From NCBI GenBank assembly GCA_051530055.1, contig CM121342.1:2514797-2578796 (forward strand): DNA of 64,000 bases. Direction: 5' to 3'. Made by a program: the position numbers and the translations under genes. The notes under the pieces are model-generated. The model worked only from the letters and a program-made list of their open reading frames with translations. It was not told the origin of the DNA and did not search any database. This document shows, in pieces, positions 46,701 to 62,600 of the stretch; position 1 is the stretch's first letter; each line of letters starts with the position of its first letter. Source of the DNA: Neoechinorhynchus agilis (taxonomy: Eukaryota; Animalia; Acanthocephala).

Positions 46701-49700
46701 TTGATTATTGATAATAAAACATCAATCAATTTAAGATCAAATTAACTTTTCTATATCTACTTTTGACGCTGAATTCACCTGCAATTACGGTTTGATGTTA
46801 CTTGTTAAATTTTGACACTTAGTTTAAGGATTGAAGTTGATAAAAGACACCTGAATTAAATCTGTGGTGGTCGAAAGTTGTTACGAAATGCAAAAACATT
46901 TTGAGCATATCTAATGCGCTGATTTCAATGGTGTTATCTGATTTTAATGAGTCTTTCAAATTTAGTGATCTTTCACTCTTGTGAATATTGGCAAAATGTG
47001 ACAATGCGATTTCCGATGCGAATATTACAGCTGTAGTGTACGGAGTCAGCTAGTTTAGTAGATCTTAACGCGCTGATTCCAAATCTGTTTACGGATTTGC
47101 GATAGCTGTCATGGTTCTTGAGTTATTTGTTGTTACATTTTGAGACCAACTACCTTGATTATTGATATTAAAACATCAATCAATTTAAGATCAAATTAAC
47201 TTTTCTATATCTACTTTTGACGCTGAATTCACCTGCAATTACGGTTTGATGTTACTTGTTAAATTTTGACACTTAGTTTAAGGATTGAAGTTGATAAAAG
47301 ACACCTGAATTAAATCTGTGGTGGTCGAAAGTTGTTACGAAATGCAAAAACATTTTGAGCATATCTAATGCGCTGATTTCAATGGTGTTATCTGATTTTA
47401 ATGAGTCTTTCAAATTTTGTGATCTTTCACTCTTGTGAATATTGGCAAAATATGACAATGCGATTTCCGGTGCGAATATTACAGCTGTAGTGTACGGAAT
47501 CAGCTAGTTTAGTAGATCTTAACGCGCTGATTCCAAATCTGTTTACGGATTTGCGATAGCTATCATGGTTCTTGAGTTATTTGTTGTTACATTTTGAGAC
47601 CAACTACCTTGATTATTGATATTAAAACATCAATCAATTTAAGATCAAATTAACTTTTCTATATCTACTTTTGACGCTGAATTCACCTGCAATTACGGTT
47701 TGATGTTACTTGTTAAATTTTGACACTTAGTTTAAGGATTGAAGTTGATAAAAGACACCTGAATTAAATCTGTGGTGGTCGAAAGTTGTTACGAAATGAA
47801 AAAACATTTTGAGCATATCTAATGCGCTGATTTCAATGGTGTTATCTTATTTTAATGAGTCTTGCAAATTTAGTGATCTTTCACTCTTGTGAATATTGGC
47901 AAAATGTGACAATGCGATTTCCGATGCGAATATTACAGCTGTAGTTTACGGAATCAGCTAGTTTAGTAGATCTTAACGCGCTGATTCCAAATCTGTTTAC
48001 GGATTTGCGATAGCTATCATGGTTCTTGAGTTATTTGTTGTTACATTTTGAGACCAACTACCTTGATTATTGATATTAAAACATAATCAATTTAAGATCA
48101 AATTAACTTTTCTATATCTACTTTTGACGCTGAATTCACCTGCAATTACGGTTTGATGTTGCTTGTTAAATTTTGACACTTAGTTTAAGGATTGAAGTTG
48201 ATAAAAGACACCTGAATTAAATCTGTGGTGGTCGAAAGTTGTTACGAAATACAAAAACATTTTGAGCATATCTAATGCGCTGATTTCAATGGTGTTATCT
48301 GATTTTAATGAGTCTTGCAAATTTAGTGATCTTTCACTCTTGTGAATATTGGCAAAATATGACAATGCGATTTCCGATGCGAATATTACAGCTGTAGTGT
48401 ACGGAGTCAGCTAGTTTAGTAGATCTTAACGCGCTGATTCCAAATCTGTTTACGGATTTGCGATAGCTATCATGGTTCTTGAGTTATTTGTTGTTACATT
48501 TTGAGACCAACTACCTTGATTATTGATATTAAAACATCAATCAATTTAAGATCAAATTAACTTTTCTATATCTACTTTTGACGCTGAATTCACCTGCAAT
48601 TACGGTTTGATGTTGCTTGTTAAATTTTGACACTTAGTTTAAGGATTGAAGTTGATAAAAGACACCTGAATTAAATCTGTGGTGGTCGAAAGTTGTTACG
48701 AAATGCAAAAACATTTTGAGCATATCTAATGCGCTGATTTCAATGGTGTTATCTGATTTTAATGAGTCTTTCAAATTTAGTGATCTTTCACTCTTGTGAA
48801 TATTGGCAAAATATGACAATGCTATTTCCGATGCGAATATTAAGCTGTAGTTACGGAATCAGCTATATCTACTTTTGACGCTGAATTCACCCGCAATTAC
48901 GGTTTGATGTTACTTGTTAAATTTTGACACTTGTTTAAGGATTGAAGTTGATAAAGGACACCTGAATTAAATCTGTGGTGGTCGAAAGTTGTTACGTAAT
49001 GCAAAAACATTTCGAGCATATCAATGCGCTGATTTCAAGGTGTTATCTGATTTTAATGAGTCTTTAAAATTTAGTGATCTTTAACTCTTGTGAATATTGG
49101 CAAAATATGATAATGCGATTTCCGATGCGAATATTACAGCTGTAGTGTACGGAGTCAGCTAGTTTAGTAGATCTTAACGCGCTGATTCCAAATCTGTTTA
49201 CGGATTTGCGATAGCTATCATGGTTCTTGAGTTATTTGTTGTTACATTTTGAGACCAACTACCTTGATTATTGATATTAAAACATCAATCAATTTAAGAT
49301 CAAATTAACTTTTCTATATCTACTTTTGACGCTGAATTCACCTGCAATTACGGTTTGATGTTACTTGTTAAATTTTGACACTTAGTTTAAGGATTGAAGT
49401 TGATAAAAGACACCTGAATTAAATCTGTGGTGGTCGAAAGTTGTTACGAAATGCAAAAACATTTTGAGCATATCTAATGCGCTGATTTCAATGGTGTTAT
49501 CTGATTTTAATGAGTCTTTCAAATTTAGTGATCTTTCACTCTTGTGAATATTGGCAAAATATGACAATGCGATTTCCGATGCGAATATTACAGCTGTAGT
49601 GTACGGAATCAGCTAGTTTAGTAGATCTTAACGCGCTGATTCCAAATCTGTTTACGGATTTGCGATAGCTATCATGGTTCTTGAGTTATTTGTTTTACAT

Positions 49701-52700
49701 TTTGAGACCAACTACCTTGATTATTGATATTAAAACATCAATCAATTTAAGATCAAATTAACTTTTCTATATCTACTTTTGACGCTGAATTCACCTGCAA
49801 TTACGGTTTGATGTTGCTTGTTAAATTTTTACACTTAGTTTAAGGATTGAAGTTGATAAAAGACACCTGAATTAAATCTGTGGTGGTCGAAAGTTGTTAC
49901 GAAATGCAAAAACATTTTGAGCATATCTAATGCGCTGATTTCAATGGTGTTATCTGATTTTAATGAGTCTTTCAAATTTTGTGATCTTTCACTCTTGTGA
50001 ATATTGGCAAAATATGACAATGCGATTTCCGATGCGAATATTACAGCTGTAGTGTACGGAATCAGCTAGTTTAGTAGATCTTAACGCGCTGATTCCAAAT
50101 CTGTTTACGGATTTGCGATAGCTATCATGGTTCTTGAGTTATTTGTTGTTACATTTTGAGACCAACTACCTTGATTATTGATATTAAAACATCAATCAAT
50201 TTAAGATCAAATTAACTTTTCTATATCTACTTTTGACGCTGAATTCACCTGCAGTTACGGTTTGATGTTGCTTGTTAAATTTTGACACTTAGTTTAAGGA
50301 TTGAAGTTGATAAAAGAAACCTGAATTAAATCTGTGGTTGTCGAAAGTTGTTACGAAATACAAACACATTTTGAGCATATCTAATGCGCTGATTTTAATG
50401 GTGTTATCTGATTTTAATGAGTCTTTCAAATTTAGTGATCTTTCACTCTTGTGAATATTGGCAAAATATGACAATGCGATTTCCGATGCGAATATTCCAG
50501 CTGTAGTGTACGGAGTCAGCTAGTTTAGTAGATCTTAACGCGCTGATTCCACATCTGTTTACGGATTGGCGATAGCTATCATGGTTCTTGAGTTATTTGT
50601 TGTTACATTTTGAGACCAACTACCTTGATTATTGATATTAAAACATCAATCAATTTAAGATCAAATTAACTTTTCTATATCTACTTTTGACGCTGAATTC
50701 ACCTGCAATTACGGTTTGATGTTGCTTGTTAAATTTTGACACTTAGTTTAAGGATTGAAGTTGATAAAAGACACCTGAATTAAATCTGTGGTGGTCGAAA
50801 GTTGTTACGAAATACAAAAACATTTTGAGCATATCTAATGCGCTGATTTCAATGGTGTTATCTGATTTTAATGAGTCTTGCAAATTTAGTGATCTTTCAC
50901 TCTTGTGAATATTGGCAAAATATGACAATGCGATTTCCGATGCGAATATTACAGCTGTAGTGTACGGAATCAGCTAGTTTAGTAGATCTTAACGCGCTGA
51001 TTCCAAATCTGTTTACGGATTTGCGATAGCTATCATGGTTCTTGAGTTATTTGTTGTTACATTTTGAGACCAACTACCTTGATTATTGATATTAAAACAT
51101 CAATCAATTTAAGATCAAATTAACTTTTCTATATCTACTTTTGACGCTGAATTAACCTGCAATTACGGTTTGATGTTACTTGTTAAATTTTTACACTTAG
51201 TTTAAGGATTGAAGTTGATAAAAGACACCTGAATTAAATCTGTGGTGGTCGAAAGTTGTTACGAAATACAAGAACATTTTGAGCATATCTAATGCGCTGA
51301 TTTCAATGGTGTTATCTGATTTTAATGAGTCTTGCAAATTTAGTGATCTTTCACTCTTGTGAATATTGGCAAAATATGACAATGCGATTTCCGATGCGAA
51401 TATTACAGCTGTAGTGTACGTAATCAGCTAGTTTAGTAGATCTTAACGCGCTGATTCCAAATCTGTTTACGGATTTGCGATAGCTATCATGGTTCTTGAG
51501 TTATTTGTTGTTACATTTTGAGACCAACTACCTTAATTATTGATATTAAAACATCAATCAATTTAAGATCAAATTAACTTTTCTATATCAACTTTTGACG
51601 CTGAATTAACCTGCAATTACGGTTTGATGTTATTGTTAAATTTTTACACTTAGTTTAAGGATTGAAGTTGATAAAAGACACCTGAATTAAATCTGTGGTG
51701 GTCGAAAGTTTTTACGAAATGCAAAAACATTTTGAGCATATCTAATGCGCTGATTTCAATGGTGTTATCTGATTTTAATGAGTCTTGCAAATTTAGTGAT
51801 CTTTCACTCTTGTGAATATTGGCAAAATATGACAATGCGATTTCCGATGCGAATATTACAGCTGTAGTGTACGTAATCAGCTAGTTTAGTAGATCTTAAC
51901 GCGCTGATTCCAAATCTGTTTACGGATTTGCGATAGCTATCATGGTTCTTGAGTTATTTGTTGTTACATTTTGAGACCAACTACCTTGATTATTGATATT
52001 AAAACATCAATCAATTTAAGATCAAATTAACTTTTCTATATCTACTTTTGACGCTGAATTCACCTGCAATTACGGTTTGATGTTGCTTGTTAAATTTTTA
52101 CACTTAGTTTAAGGATTGAAGTTGATAAAAGACACCTGAATTAAATCTGTGGTGGTCGAAAGTTGTTACGAAATACAAAAACATTTTGAGCATATCTAAT
52201 GCGCTGATTTCAATGGTGTTATCTGATTTTAATGAGTCTTGCAAATTTAGTGATCTTTCACTCTTGTGAATATTGGCAAAATATGACAATGCGATTTCCG
52301 ATGCGAATATTACAGCTGTAGTGTACGGAGTCAGCTAGTTTAGTAGATCTTAACGCGCTGATTCAAAATCTGTTTACGGATTTGCGATAGCTATCATGGT
52401 TCTTGAGTTATTTGTTGTTACATTTTGAGACCAACTACCTTGATTATTGATATTAAAACATCAATCAATTTAAGATCAAATTAACTTTTCTATATCTACT
52501 TTTGACGCTGAATTCACCTGCAATTACGGTTTGATGTTGCTTGTTAAATTTTGACACTTAGTTTAAGGATTGAAGTTGATAAAAGACACCTGAATTAAAT
52601 CTGTGGTGGTCGAAAGTTGTTACGAAATAAAAAAACATTTTGAGCATATCTAATGCGCTGATTTCAATGGTGTTATCTGATTTTAATGAGTCTTTCAAAT

Positions 52701-55700
52701 TTAGTGATCTTTCACTCTTGTGAATATTGGCAAAATATGACAATGCGATTTCCGATGCGAATATTACAGCTGTAGTTTACGGAATCAGCTAGTTTAGTAG
52801 ATCTTAACGCGCTGATTCCAAATCTGTTTACGGATTTGCGATAGCTATCATGTTCTTGAGTTATTTGTTGTTACATTTTGAGACCAACTACCTTGATTAT
52901 TGATATTAAAACATCAATCAATTTAAGATCAAATTAACTTTTCTATATCTACTTTTGACGCTGAATTCACCTGCAATTACGGTTTGATGTTGCTTGTTAA
53001 ATTTTTACACTTAGTTTAAGGATTGAAGTTGATAAAAGACACCTGAATTAAATCTGTGGTGGTCGAAAGTTGTTACGAAATGCAAAAACATTTTGAGCAT
53101 ATCTAATGCGCTGATTTCAATGGTGTTATCTGATTTTAATGAGTCTTTCAAATTTTGTGATCTTTCACTCTTGTGAATATTGGCAAAATATGACAATGCG
53201 ATTTCCGATGCGAATATTACAGCTGTAGTGTACGGAATCAGCTAGTTTAGTAGATCTTAACGCGCTGATTCCAAATCTGTTTACGGATTTGCGATAGCTA
53301 TCATGGTTCTTGAGTTATTTGTTGTTACATTTTGAGACCAACTACCTTGATTATTGATATTAAAACATCAATCAATTTAAGATCAAATTAACTTTTCTAT
53401 ATCTACTTTTGACGCTGAATTCACCTGCAATTACGGTTTGATGTTACTTGTTAAATTTTTACACTTAGTTTAAGGATTGAAGTTGATAAAAGACACCTGA
53501 ATTAAATCTGTGGTGGTCGAAAGTTGTTACGAAATACAAAAACATTTTGAGCATATCTAATGCGCTGATTTCAATGGTGTTATCTGATTTTAATGAGTCT
53601 TTCAAATTTAGTGATCTTTCACTCTTGTGAATATTGGCAAAATATGACAATGCGATTTCCGATGCGAATATTACAGCTGTAGTTTACGGAATCAGCTAGT
53701 TTAGTAGATCTTAACGCGCTGATTCCAAATCTGTTTACGGATTTGCGATAGCTATCATGGTTCTTGAGTTATTTGTTGTTACATTTTGAGACCAACTACC
53801 TTGATTATTGATATTAAAACATCAATCAATTTAAGATCAAATTAACTTTTCTATATCTACTTTTGACGCTGAATTCACCTGCAATTACGGTTTGATGTTA
53901 CTTGTTAAATTTTGACACTTAGTTTAAGGATTGAAGTTGATAAAAGACACCTGAATTAAATCTGTGGTGGTCGAAAGTTGTTACGAAATGCAAAAACATT
54001 TTGAGCATATCTAATGCGCTGATTTCAATGGTGTTATCTGATTTTAATGAGTCTTGCAAATTTAGTGATCTTTCACTCTTGTGAATATTGGCAAAATATG
54101 ACAATGCGATTTCCGATGCGAATATTACAGCTGTAGTGTACGGAATCAGCTAGTTTAGTAGATCTTAACGCGCTGATTCCAAATCTGTTTACGGATTTGC
54201 GATAGCTATCATGGTTCTTGAGTTATTTGTTGTTACATTTTGAGACCAACTACCTTGATTATTGATATTAAAACATCAATCAATTTAAGATCAAATTAAC
54301 TTTTCTATATCTACTTTTGACGCTGAATTCACCTGCAATTACGGTTTGATGTTACTTGTTAAATTTTGACACTTAGTTTAAGGATTGAAGTTGATAAAAG
54401 ACACCTGAATTAAATCTGTGGTGGTCGAAAGTTGTTACGAAATGCAAAAACATTTTGAGCATATCTAATGCGCTGATTTCAATGGTGTTATCTGATTTTA
54501 ATGAGTCTTTCAAATTTAGTGATCTTTCACTCTTGTGAATATTGGCAAAATATGACAATGCGATTTCCGATGCGAATATTACAGCTGTAGTGTACGGAAT
54601 CAGCTAGTTTAGTAGATCTTAACGCGCTGATTCCAAATCTGTTTACGGATTTGCGATAGCTATCATGGTTCTTGAGTTATTTGTTGTTACATTTTGAGAC
54701 CAACTACCTTGATTATTGATATTAAAACATCAATCAATTTAAGATCAAATTAACTTTTCTATATCTACTTTTGACGCTGAATTCACCTGCAATTACGGTT
54801 TGATGTTGCTTGTTAAATTTTGACACTTAGTTTAAGGATTGAAGTTGATAAAAGACACCTGAATTAAATCTGTGGTGGTCGAAAGTTGTTACGAAATACA
54901 AAAACATTTTGAGCATATCTAATGCGCTGATTTCAATGGTGTTATCTGATTTTAATGAGTCTTGCAAATTTAGTGATCTTTCACTCTTGTGAATATTGGC
55001 AAAATATGACAATGCGATTTCCGATGCGAATATTACAGCTGTAGTGTACGGAATCAGCTAGTTTAGTAGATCTTAACGCGCTGATTCCAAATCTGTTTAC
55101 GGATTTGCGATAGCTATCATGGTTCTTGAGTTATTTGTTGTTACATTTTGAGACCAACTACCTTGATTATTGATATTAAAACATCAATCAATTTAAGATC
55201 AAATTAACTTTTCTATATCTACTTTTGACGCTGAATTCACCTGCAATTACGGTTTGATGTTGCTTGTTAAATTTTGACACTTAGTTTAAGGATTGAAGTT
55301 GATAAAAGACACCTGAATTAAATCTGTGGTGGTCGAAAGTTGTTACGAAATACAAAAACATTTTGAGCATATCTAATGCGCTGATTTCAATGGTGTTATC
55401 TGATTTTAATGAGTCTTGCAAATTTAGTGATCTTTCACTCTTGTGAATATTGGCAAAATATGACAATGCGATTTCCGATGCGAATATTACAGCTGTAGTG
55501 TACGGAATCAGCTAGTTTAGTAGATCTTAACGCGCTGATTCCAAATCTGTTTACGGATTTGCGATAGCTATCATGGTTCTTGAGTTATTTGTTGTTACAT
55601 TTTGAGACCAACTACCTTGATTATTGATATTAAAACATCAATCAATTTAAGATCAAATTAACTTTTCTATATCTACTTTTGACGCTGAATTCACCTGCAA

Positions 55701-56670
55701 TTACGGTTTGATGTTGCTTGTTAAATTTTTACACTTAGTTTAAGGATTGAAGTTGATAAAAGACACCTGAATTAAATCTGTGGTGGTCGAAAGTTGTTAC
55801 GAAATACAAAAACATTTTGAGCATATCTAATGCGCTGATTTCAATGGTGTTATCTGATTTTAATGAGTCTTTCAAATTTAGTGATCTTTCACTCTTGTGA
55901 ATATTGGCAAAATATGACAATGCGATTTCCGATGCGAATATTACAGCTGTAGTGTACGGAATCAGCTAGTTTAGTAGATCTTAACGCGCTGATTCCAAAT
56001 CTGTTTACGGATTTGCGATAGCTATCATGGTTCTTGAGTTATTTGTTGTTACATTTTGAGACCAACTACCTTGATTATTGATATTAAAACATCAATCAAT
56101 TTAAGATCAAATTAACTTTTCTATATCTACTTTTGACGCTGAATTAACCTGCAATTACGGTTTGATGTTACTTGTTAAATTTTGACACTTAGTTTAAGGA
56201 TTGAAGTTGATAAAAGACACCTGAATTAAATCTGTGGTGGTCGAAAGTTGTTACGAAATGCAAAAACATTTTGAGCATATCTAATGCGCTGATTTAAATG
56301 GTGTTATCTGATTTTAATGAGTCTTTCAAATTTTGTGATCTTTCACTCTTGTGAATATAGGCAAAATATGACAATGCGATTTCCGGTGCAAATATTACAG
56401 CTGTAGTGTACGGAATCAGCTAGTTTAGTAGATCTTAACGCGCTGATTCAAAGTCTGTTTACGGATTTGCGATAGCTATCATGGTTCTTGAGTTATTTGC
56501 TGTTACATTTTGAGACCAACTACCTTGATTATTGATATTAAAACATAAATCAATTTAAGATCAAATTAACTTTTCTATATCTACTTTTGACGCTGAATTC
56601 ACCTGCAATTACGGTTTGATGTTACTTGTTAAATTTTGACACTTAGTTTAAGGATTGAAGTTGATAAAAG
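40704..56670. repeat. ~454-bp satellite, subfamily A (~35 units, highly homogeneous)
   Basis: The ORF track recurs every 452-454 bp; units differ at only a few positions. Confidence 0.97.
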
Positions 56671-59600
56671 GTGATCTTTCACTCTTGTGACTATTGACCA
56701 AATATGATAATGCGATTTCCGATTCGAATATTGCAGCCGTAGTTTAGGATGTCAGTTAATTTAGTACATCTTAACGCGCTGATTCTAAATCTGTATCCGG
56801 ATTTTCGATAGCTGTTATTGTTCTTGAGTTATTCGTTGTTCAATTTACAGACAAACTACCTTTATTATTGATATTAAAACGTCAATAAATTTCAGATCAA
56901 ATTAACTTTTCTAGATCTACTTTTAACGCTAAATTCACCTGCACAAATGGTTTGATGTGGCTTTTTAAATTTTTACACTTAGTTTCAGGATTGAAGTTCA
57001 TAAAAGACACCTGAATTAAATCTGTGGTACTCGTAAGCTGTTACGAAATGATAAAACATTTTGAGCATATCAAATGCGCTGACTTCAATGGTGTTATCTA
57101 ATTATAATGAATCTTGCAAATTTAGTGATCTTTCACTCTTGTGACTATTGACCAAATATGATAATGCGATTTCCGATTCGAATATTGCACCTGTAGTTTA
57201 GGATGTCCGTTAGTTTAGTACATCTTAACGTGTTGATTCCAAATCTGTTTACGGATTTTCGATGGCTGTTATGGTTCTTGAGTTATTCGTTGTTCAATTT
57301 TGAGACAAACTACCTTGATTATTGATATTAAAACGTCAATAAATTTAAGATCAAATTAACTTTTCTAGATCTACTTTTAACGCTGAATTCACCTGCACAA
57401 ATGGTTTGATGTGGCTTTTAAATTTTTACACTTAGTTTCAGGATTGAAGTTCATAAAAGACACCTGAATTAAATCAGTGGTACTCGTAAGTTGTTACGAA
57501 ATGATAAAACATTTTGAGCATATCTGATGCGCTGATTTCAATGGTGTTATCTAATTATAATGAATCTAGCAAATTTAGTGATCTTTCACTCTTGTGACTA
57601 TTGACCAAATATGATAATGCGATTTCCGATTCAGATATTGCAGCTGTAGTTTAGGATGTAAGGTAATTTAGTACATCTTAACGCGCTGATTCCAAATCTG
57701 TATCCGGATTCTCGATAGCTGTTATGGTTCTTGAGTTATTCGTTGTTCAATTTTGAGACAAACTACCATGATTATTGATATTAAAACGTCAATAAATTTA
57801 AGATCAAATTAACTTTTCTAGATCTACTTTTAACGCTGAATTCACCTGCACAAATGGTTTGATGTTGCTTTTTAAATTTTTACACTTAGTTTCAGGATTG
57901 AAGTTCATAAAAGACACCTGAATAAAATCTGTGGTACTCGTAAGCTGTTACGAAATGATAAAACATTTTGAGCATATCAAATGCGCTGATTTCAATGGTG
58001 TTATCTAATTATAATGAATCTTGCAAATTTAGTGATCTTTCACTCTTGTGACTATTGACCAAATATGATAATGCGATTTCCGATTCGAATATTGCAGCTG
58101 TAGTTTAGGATGTCCGTTAATTTAGTAGATCTTAACGCGCTGATTCCAAATCTTTAACCGGATTTTCGATAGTAGTTATGGTTCTTTAGTTATTCGTTGT
58201 TCAATTTACGGAGAAACTACCTTGATTATTGATATTAAAACGTCAATAAATTCAAGATCAAATTAACTTTTCTAGATCTACTTTTAACGCTGAATTCACC
58301 TGCACAAATATTTTGATGTGGCTTTTAAAATGATTACACTTTTTTCAGCATTGAGGTTCATAAAAGACACCTGAATTAAATCTGTGGTACTTGTAAGTTG
58401 TTACGAAATGATAAACATTTTGAGCATTTCAAATGCGCTGATTCCAATGGAGTTATCTAATTATAATGAATCTTGCAAATTCTGTGATCTTTCACTCTTG
58501 TGACTATTGACCAAATATGATAATGCGATTTCCGATTCCAATATTTCAGCTGTAGTTTAGGATGTCCGTTAATTTAGTACATCTTAACGCGCTGATTCCA
58601 AATCTGTATATGGATTTTGGATGGCTGTTATGGTTCTTGAGTTATTCGTTGTTCAATTTACAGACAAACTACCTTTATTATTATTATTAAAACGTCAATA
58701 AATTTAAGATCAAATTAACTTTTCTAGATCTACTTTTAACGCTGAATTCACCTGCACAAATGGTTTGATGTGGCTTTTTAAATTTTTACACTTTTTTTCA
58801 GGATGGAGGTTCATAAAAGACACCTGAATTAAATCTGTGGTACTTGTAAGTTGTTACGAAATGATAAAACATTTTGAGCATATAAAATACGCTGATTTCA
58901 ATGGTGTTATTTAATTATAATGAATCTTGCAAATTTAGTGATCTTTCACTCTTGTGACTATTGACCAAATATGATAATGCGATTTCCGATTCGAATATTG
59001 CAGCTGTAGTTTAGGATGTCAGTTAATTTAGTACATCTTAACGCGCTGATTCTAAATCTGTATCCGGATTTTCGATAGCTGTTATTGTTCTTGAGTTATT
59101 CGTTGTTCAATTTACAGACAAACTACCTTTATTATTGATATTAAAACGTCAATAAATTTAAGATCAAATTAACTTTTCTAGATCTACTTTTAACGCTAAA
59201 TTCACCTGCACAAATGGTTTGATGTGGCTTTTTAAATTTTTACACTTAGTTTAGGGATTGAAGTTCATAAAAGACACCTGAATTAAATCTGTTGTACTCG
59301 TAAGTTGTTACGAAATGATAAAGTATTTTGAGCATATCAAATTCGCTGATTTCAATGGTGTTATCTAATTATAATGAATCTTGCAAATTTAGTGATCTTT
59401 CACTCTTGTGACTATTGACCAAATATGATAATGCGATTTCCGATTCGAATGTTGCAGCTGTTGTTTAGGATGTCAGGTTAATTTGGTACATCTGAACGCG
59501 CTGATTCGAAATCTGTATCCAGATTTTCGATAGCTGCTACGGTTCTTGAGTTATTCGTTGTTCAATTTTGAGACAAACTACCTTGATTATTGATATTAAA

Positions 59601-62600
59601 ACGTCAATAAATTCAAGATCAAATTAACTTTTCTAGATCTACTTTTAACGCTGAATTCACCTGTACAAATGGTTTGATGTGGCTTATTAAATTTTTACAC
59701 TTATTTTCAGGATGGAGGATCATAAAAGACACCTGAATTAAATCTGTGGTACTCGTAAGTTGTTACGAAATGATAAAACATTTAAACCATATCAAATGCG
59801 CTGATTTCAATGGTGTTATCTAATTATAATGAATCTCTCAAATTTAGTGATCTTTCACTCTTGTGACTATTAACCAAATATGATAATGCGATTTCCGACC
59901 CGAATATTGTAGCTGTAGTTTAGGATGTCAGTTAATTTAGTACACCTTAACGCTCTGATTCCAAATCTGTATCCGGATTTTCGATGGCTGTTATGGTTCT
60001 TGAGTTATTCGTTGTTCAATTTACAGAGAAACTACCTTGATTATTGATATTAAAACGTCAATAAATTCAGATCAAATTAACTTTTCCGGATCTACTTTTA
60101 ACGCTGAATTCACCTGCACAAATGGTTTGATGTAGCTTTTAAAATTTTTACACTTTTTTTTTCAGGATTGAAGTTCATAAAAGACACCTGAATTAAATCT
60201 GTTGTACTCGTAAGTTGTTACGAAATGATAAAACATTTTGAGCATATCAAATGCGCTGATTTCAATGGTGTTATCTAATTATAATGATTCTTGCAAATTT
60301 AGTGATCTTTCACTCTTGTGACTATTGACCAAATATGATAATGCGATTTCCGATTCGAATATTGCAGCTGTAGTTTAGGATGTCCGTTAATTTAGTACAC
60401 CTTAACGCGCTGATTCCAAATCTGTATCCGGATTTTCGATGGCTGTTATGGTTCTTGAGTTATTCGTTGTTCAATTTTGAGACAAACTACCTTGATTATT
60501 GATATTAAAACGTCAATAAATTCAAGATCAAAATAACTTTTCTAAATCTACTTCTAACGCTTTAATTCACCTGCACAAACGGTTCTATGTGGCTTTTGAG
60601 AATTGTTACACTTATTTTTCAGGATGGAGGTTCATAAAAGACACCTGAATAAAATCTGTGGTACTCGTAAGTTGTTACGAAATGATAAAACATTTTGAGC
60701 ATATCAAATGCGCTGATTTCAATGGTGTTATCTAGTTATAATGAATCTTGCAAATTTAGTGATCTTTCACTCTTGTGACTGGCCACCAAATATGATAATG
60801 CGATTTCCGATTCGAATATTGCAGCTGTAGTTTAGGATGTCAGTTAATTTAGTACATCCTAACGCGCTGATTCTAAATCTGTATCCGGATTTTCGATAGC
60901 TGCTACGGTTATTGAGTTATTCGTTGTTCAATTTTGAGACAAACTACGTTGATTATTGATATTAAAACGTCAATAAATTCAAGATCAAATTAACTTTTCT
61001 AGATCTACTTTTAACGCTGAATTCACCTGCACAAATGGTTTGATGTGGCTTCTAAAATTTTTACACTTATTTTCAGGATGGAGGTTCATAAAAGACACCT
61101 GAATAAAATCTGTGGTACTTGTAAGTTGTTACGAAATGATAAAACATTTTGAGCATATCAAATGCGCTGATTTCAATGGTGTTATCTAATTATAATGAAT
61201 CTTGCAAATTTAGTGATCTTCACTCTTGTGACTATTGACCAAATATGATAATGCGATTTCCGATTCGAATGTTGCAGCTGTTGTTTAGGATGTCAGTTAA
61301 TTTGGTACATCTGAACGCGCTGATTCGAAACCTGTATCCGGATTTTCGATAGCTGCTACAGTTCTTGAGTTATTCGTTGTTCAATTTTGAGACAAACTGC
61401 GTTGATTATTGATATTAAAACGTCAATAAATTCAAGATCAAATTAACTTTTCTAGATCTACTTTTAACGCTGAATTCACCTGCACAAATGGTTTGATGTT
61501 ACTTTCAAAAATTTTACACTTATTTTCAGGATGGTGGTTCATAAAAGACACCTGAATTAAATCTGTGGTACTTTAAGTTGTTACGAAATGATAAAACATT
61601 TTGAGCATATCAAATGCGCTGATTTCAATGGTGTTATCTAATTATAATGAATCTTGCAAATTTAGTGATCTTTCACTCTTGACTATTGACCAAATATGAT
61701 AATGCGATTTCCGATTCGAATATTGCAGCTGTAGTTTAGGATGTCAGTTAATTTAGTACATCTTAACGCGCTGATTCCAAATCTTTATCCGGATTTTCGA
61801 TAGTTTTTATGGTTCTTTAGTTATTGGTTGTTCAATTTACAGAGAAACTACCTTGATTATTGATATTAAAACGTCAATAAATTTAAGATCAAATTAACTT
61901 TTCTAGATCTACTTTTAACGCTAAATTAACCTGCACAAATGGTTTGATGTGGCTTATTAAATTTTTACACTAAGTTTAGGGATTGAAGTTCATAAAAGAC
62001 ACCTGAATTAAATCTGTTGTACTCGTAAGTTGTTACGAAATGATAAAACATTTTGAGCATATCAAATTCGCTGATTTCAATGGTGTTATCTAATTATAAT
62101 GAATCTTGCAAATTTAATGATCTTTCACTCTTGTGACTATTGACCAAATATGATAATGCGATTTCCGATTCGAATATTGCAGCTACAGTTTAGGATGTCC
62201 GTTAATTTAGTACATCTTAATGCGCTGATTCCAAATCTGTATCCGGATTTTCGATGGCTGGTATGGTTCTTGAGTTATTCGTTGTTCAATTTACAGAGAA
62301 ACTACCTTGATTATTGATATTAAAACGTCAATAAATTTAAGATCAAATTATTTTTTCTAGATCTACTTTTAACGCTGAATTCACCTGCACAAATGGTTTG
62401 ATGTGGCTTTTTAAATTTTTACACTTGGTTTCAGGATTGAAGTTCATAAAAGACACCTGAATTAAATCTGTGGTACTCGTAAGCTGTTACGAAATGATAA
62501 AACATTTTGAGCATATCAAATGCGCTGATTTCAATGGTGTTATCTAATTATAATGAATCTTGCAAATTTAGTGATCTTTCACTCTTGTGACTATTGACCA

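Noticed and set aside
41830-55920. Repeated 61-aa ORF (MSYFANIHKSERSLNL...) as a multicopy gene
   Set aside because: It is a by-product of the satellite monomer: lost by 1-bp indels in several A units, absent from subfamily B, and with no recognisable domain.
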